A stretch of 64,000 nt of DNA, from contig NW_026889796.1 of the NCBI RefSeq assembly GCF_033153115.1, positions 7,378,001-7,442,000 of the forward strand, written 5' to 3'. Of this stretch, positions 62,797 through 64,000 are shown piece by piece. The stretch comes from Saccostrea echinata. Lineage: Eukaryota. The notes beneath the pieces were generated by a model. The model ran no database searches, was not told the origin of the DNA, and was given only the letters and a program-made list of their open reading frames with translations. Position 1 is the first letter of the stretch. The number at the start of each line of letters is the position of its first letter. Both the position numbers and the translations under genes were made by a program.

Positions 62797-64000
62797 TTTT
62801 AGCTCACCTCAACGAAGTCGAGATGAGCTTATGCTATACCCTCGGCGTCGGTGTCGGCGTTAGCGTCGGCGTCCCAGGTTAAAGTTTTAGGAGCAAGTCC
62901 CATTCCCAAGTAACTATAAGCCCTACCTGGATCAAACTTGCATGGATGATGCATGTAGGGATGGACACTACCAAACTTGCTTCGGATGCTGGATCTGACC
63001 TAGATTTTCCAGATGAGTGACCAGGTTAAAGTTTTAGGAGCAGGTCCCATTCCCAAGTAACTATAAGCCCTACCTGGATCAAGCTTGCATGGATGATGCA
63101 TCTAGGGATGGACACTACCACACTTGCTTCAGATGCTGTATCTGACCTAGATTTTCCAGATGAGTGACCAGGTTAAAGTTTTAGGAGCAGGTCCCATTCC
63201 CAAGTAACTATAAGCCCTACCTGGATCAAGCTTGCATGGATGATGCATCTAGGGATGGACACTACCACACTTGCTTCGGATGCTGGATCTGATCTAGATT
63301 TTCTGGATGAGTGACCAGATTAAAGTTTTAGGAGCAGGTCCATTCCCAAGTAACTATAAGCCCTACTTGACCAAACTTGCATGGATGATGCATCTAGGGA
63401 TGGACATGGCCACACTTACTTCGGCTGCTGGATCTGACCTAGATTTTCTGGATGAGTGAACAGGTTAAAGTTTTAGGAGCAGGTCCATTCCCAAGTAACT
63501 ATAAGCCCTACCTTGACCAAACTTGCATGGATGATGCATCCAGGGATGGACACTACCACACTTGCTTCGGATGCTGGATCTGACCTAGATTTTCCACATC
63601 TGAGACCAGGTTTAGATTTAGGAGTAGTCTCGTTCCCAAGTAATTATAAGCCCTACCTGGACCAAACTTTCATGGATGATGCATCTAGGGATGTACACTA
63701 ACCAACCTGCTTCGAATGCTGGATCTGACCTAGATTTTCCACATGAGTGAATTTTAGCCATATTTTAACCAAATTAGCATGGATGATGTATCTAGGGATG
63801 GACACTTCCAGACTTGCCTTGGATTCTGATGTACATTTTCCAGATGAGTGACCAGGGTAATTTTTTGGAGTAGCTATATAATATTATGGCCTGTTATGAT
63901 TAGACTTGCATAGATGGTGCATCTAAGGATGAAAACTTCCAGACTTGCTTTGGATGTTGGAACTGACCAAAATTTTCTTGATTACTAAACAGGTCAAAAG
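62797..64000 (+). mobile_element. Helentron/HINE-like element carrying a 147-bp tandem array
   Basis: ttttagctcacctc...gagatgagctt palindrome, (GGCGTC)n microsatellite, then units starting at 62874, 63021, 63168, 63315... Confidence 0.8.

Overview
AT-rich, repeat-dense eukaryotic DNA; the SINE, Helentron-type and satellite families look like bivalve (probably oyster) repeats (inference). The main feature is one large minus-strand multi-exon gene that the ORF track shows only in pieces. I joined 11 exons by hand with GT-AG junctions and consistent phase: 43686-43859, 43123-43593, 42773-43021, 30971-31225, 24468-24686, 15701-15789, 7500-8741, 7322-7393, 4456-4528, 2822-3058, 1680-1924. Together they give 3326 nt, about 1108 codons, with no stop. 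The protein has an unassigned N-terminal region, a Roc GTPase (GCAGAGKTT / DFAGQ / THKD), a COR domain, an acidic linker and a C-terminal DZIP3-like HEPN domain with an intact RxxxxH motif (RNKFSH): a Roco protein carrying a predicted RNase where LRRK-type Rocos carry a kinase. Three more candidate upstream exons (53093-53155, 48837-48932, ~46630-46867) suggest a membrane anchor, but this 5' part has a frame or donor problem. Neither the start nor the stop codon was found. Introns and flanks hold decayed Penelope-like, LINE, PIF/Harbinger, pogo, Tc1 and THAP-transposase remnants, tRNA-derived SINEs, hairpin MITEs, a foldback structure, minisatellites and Helentron-type satellite arrays. There are six N gaps.
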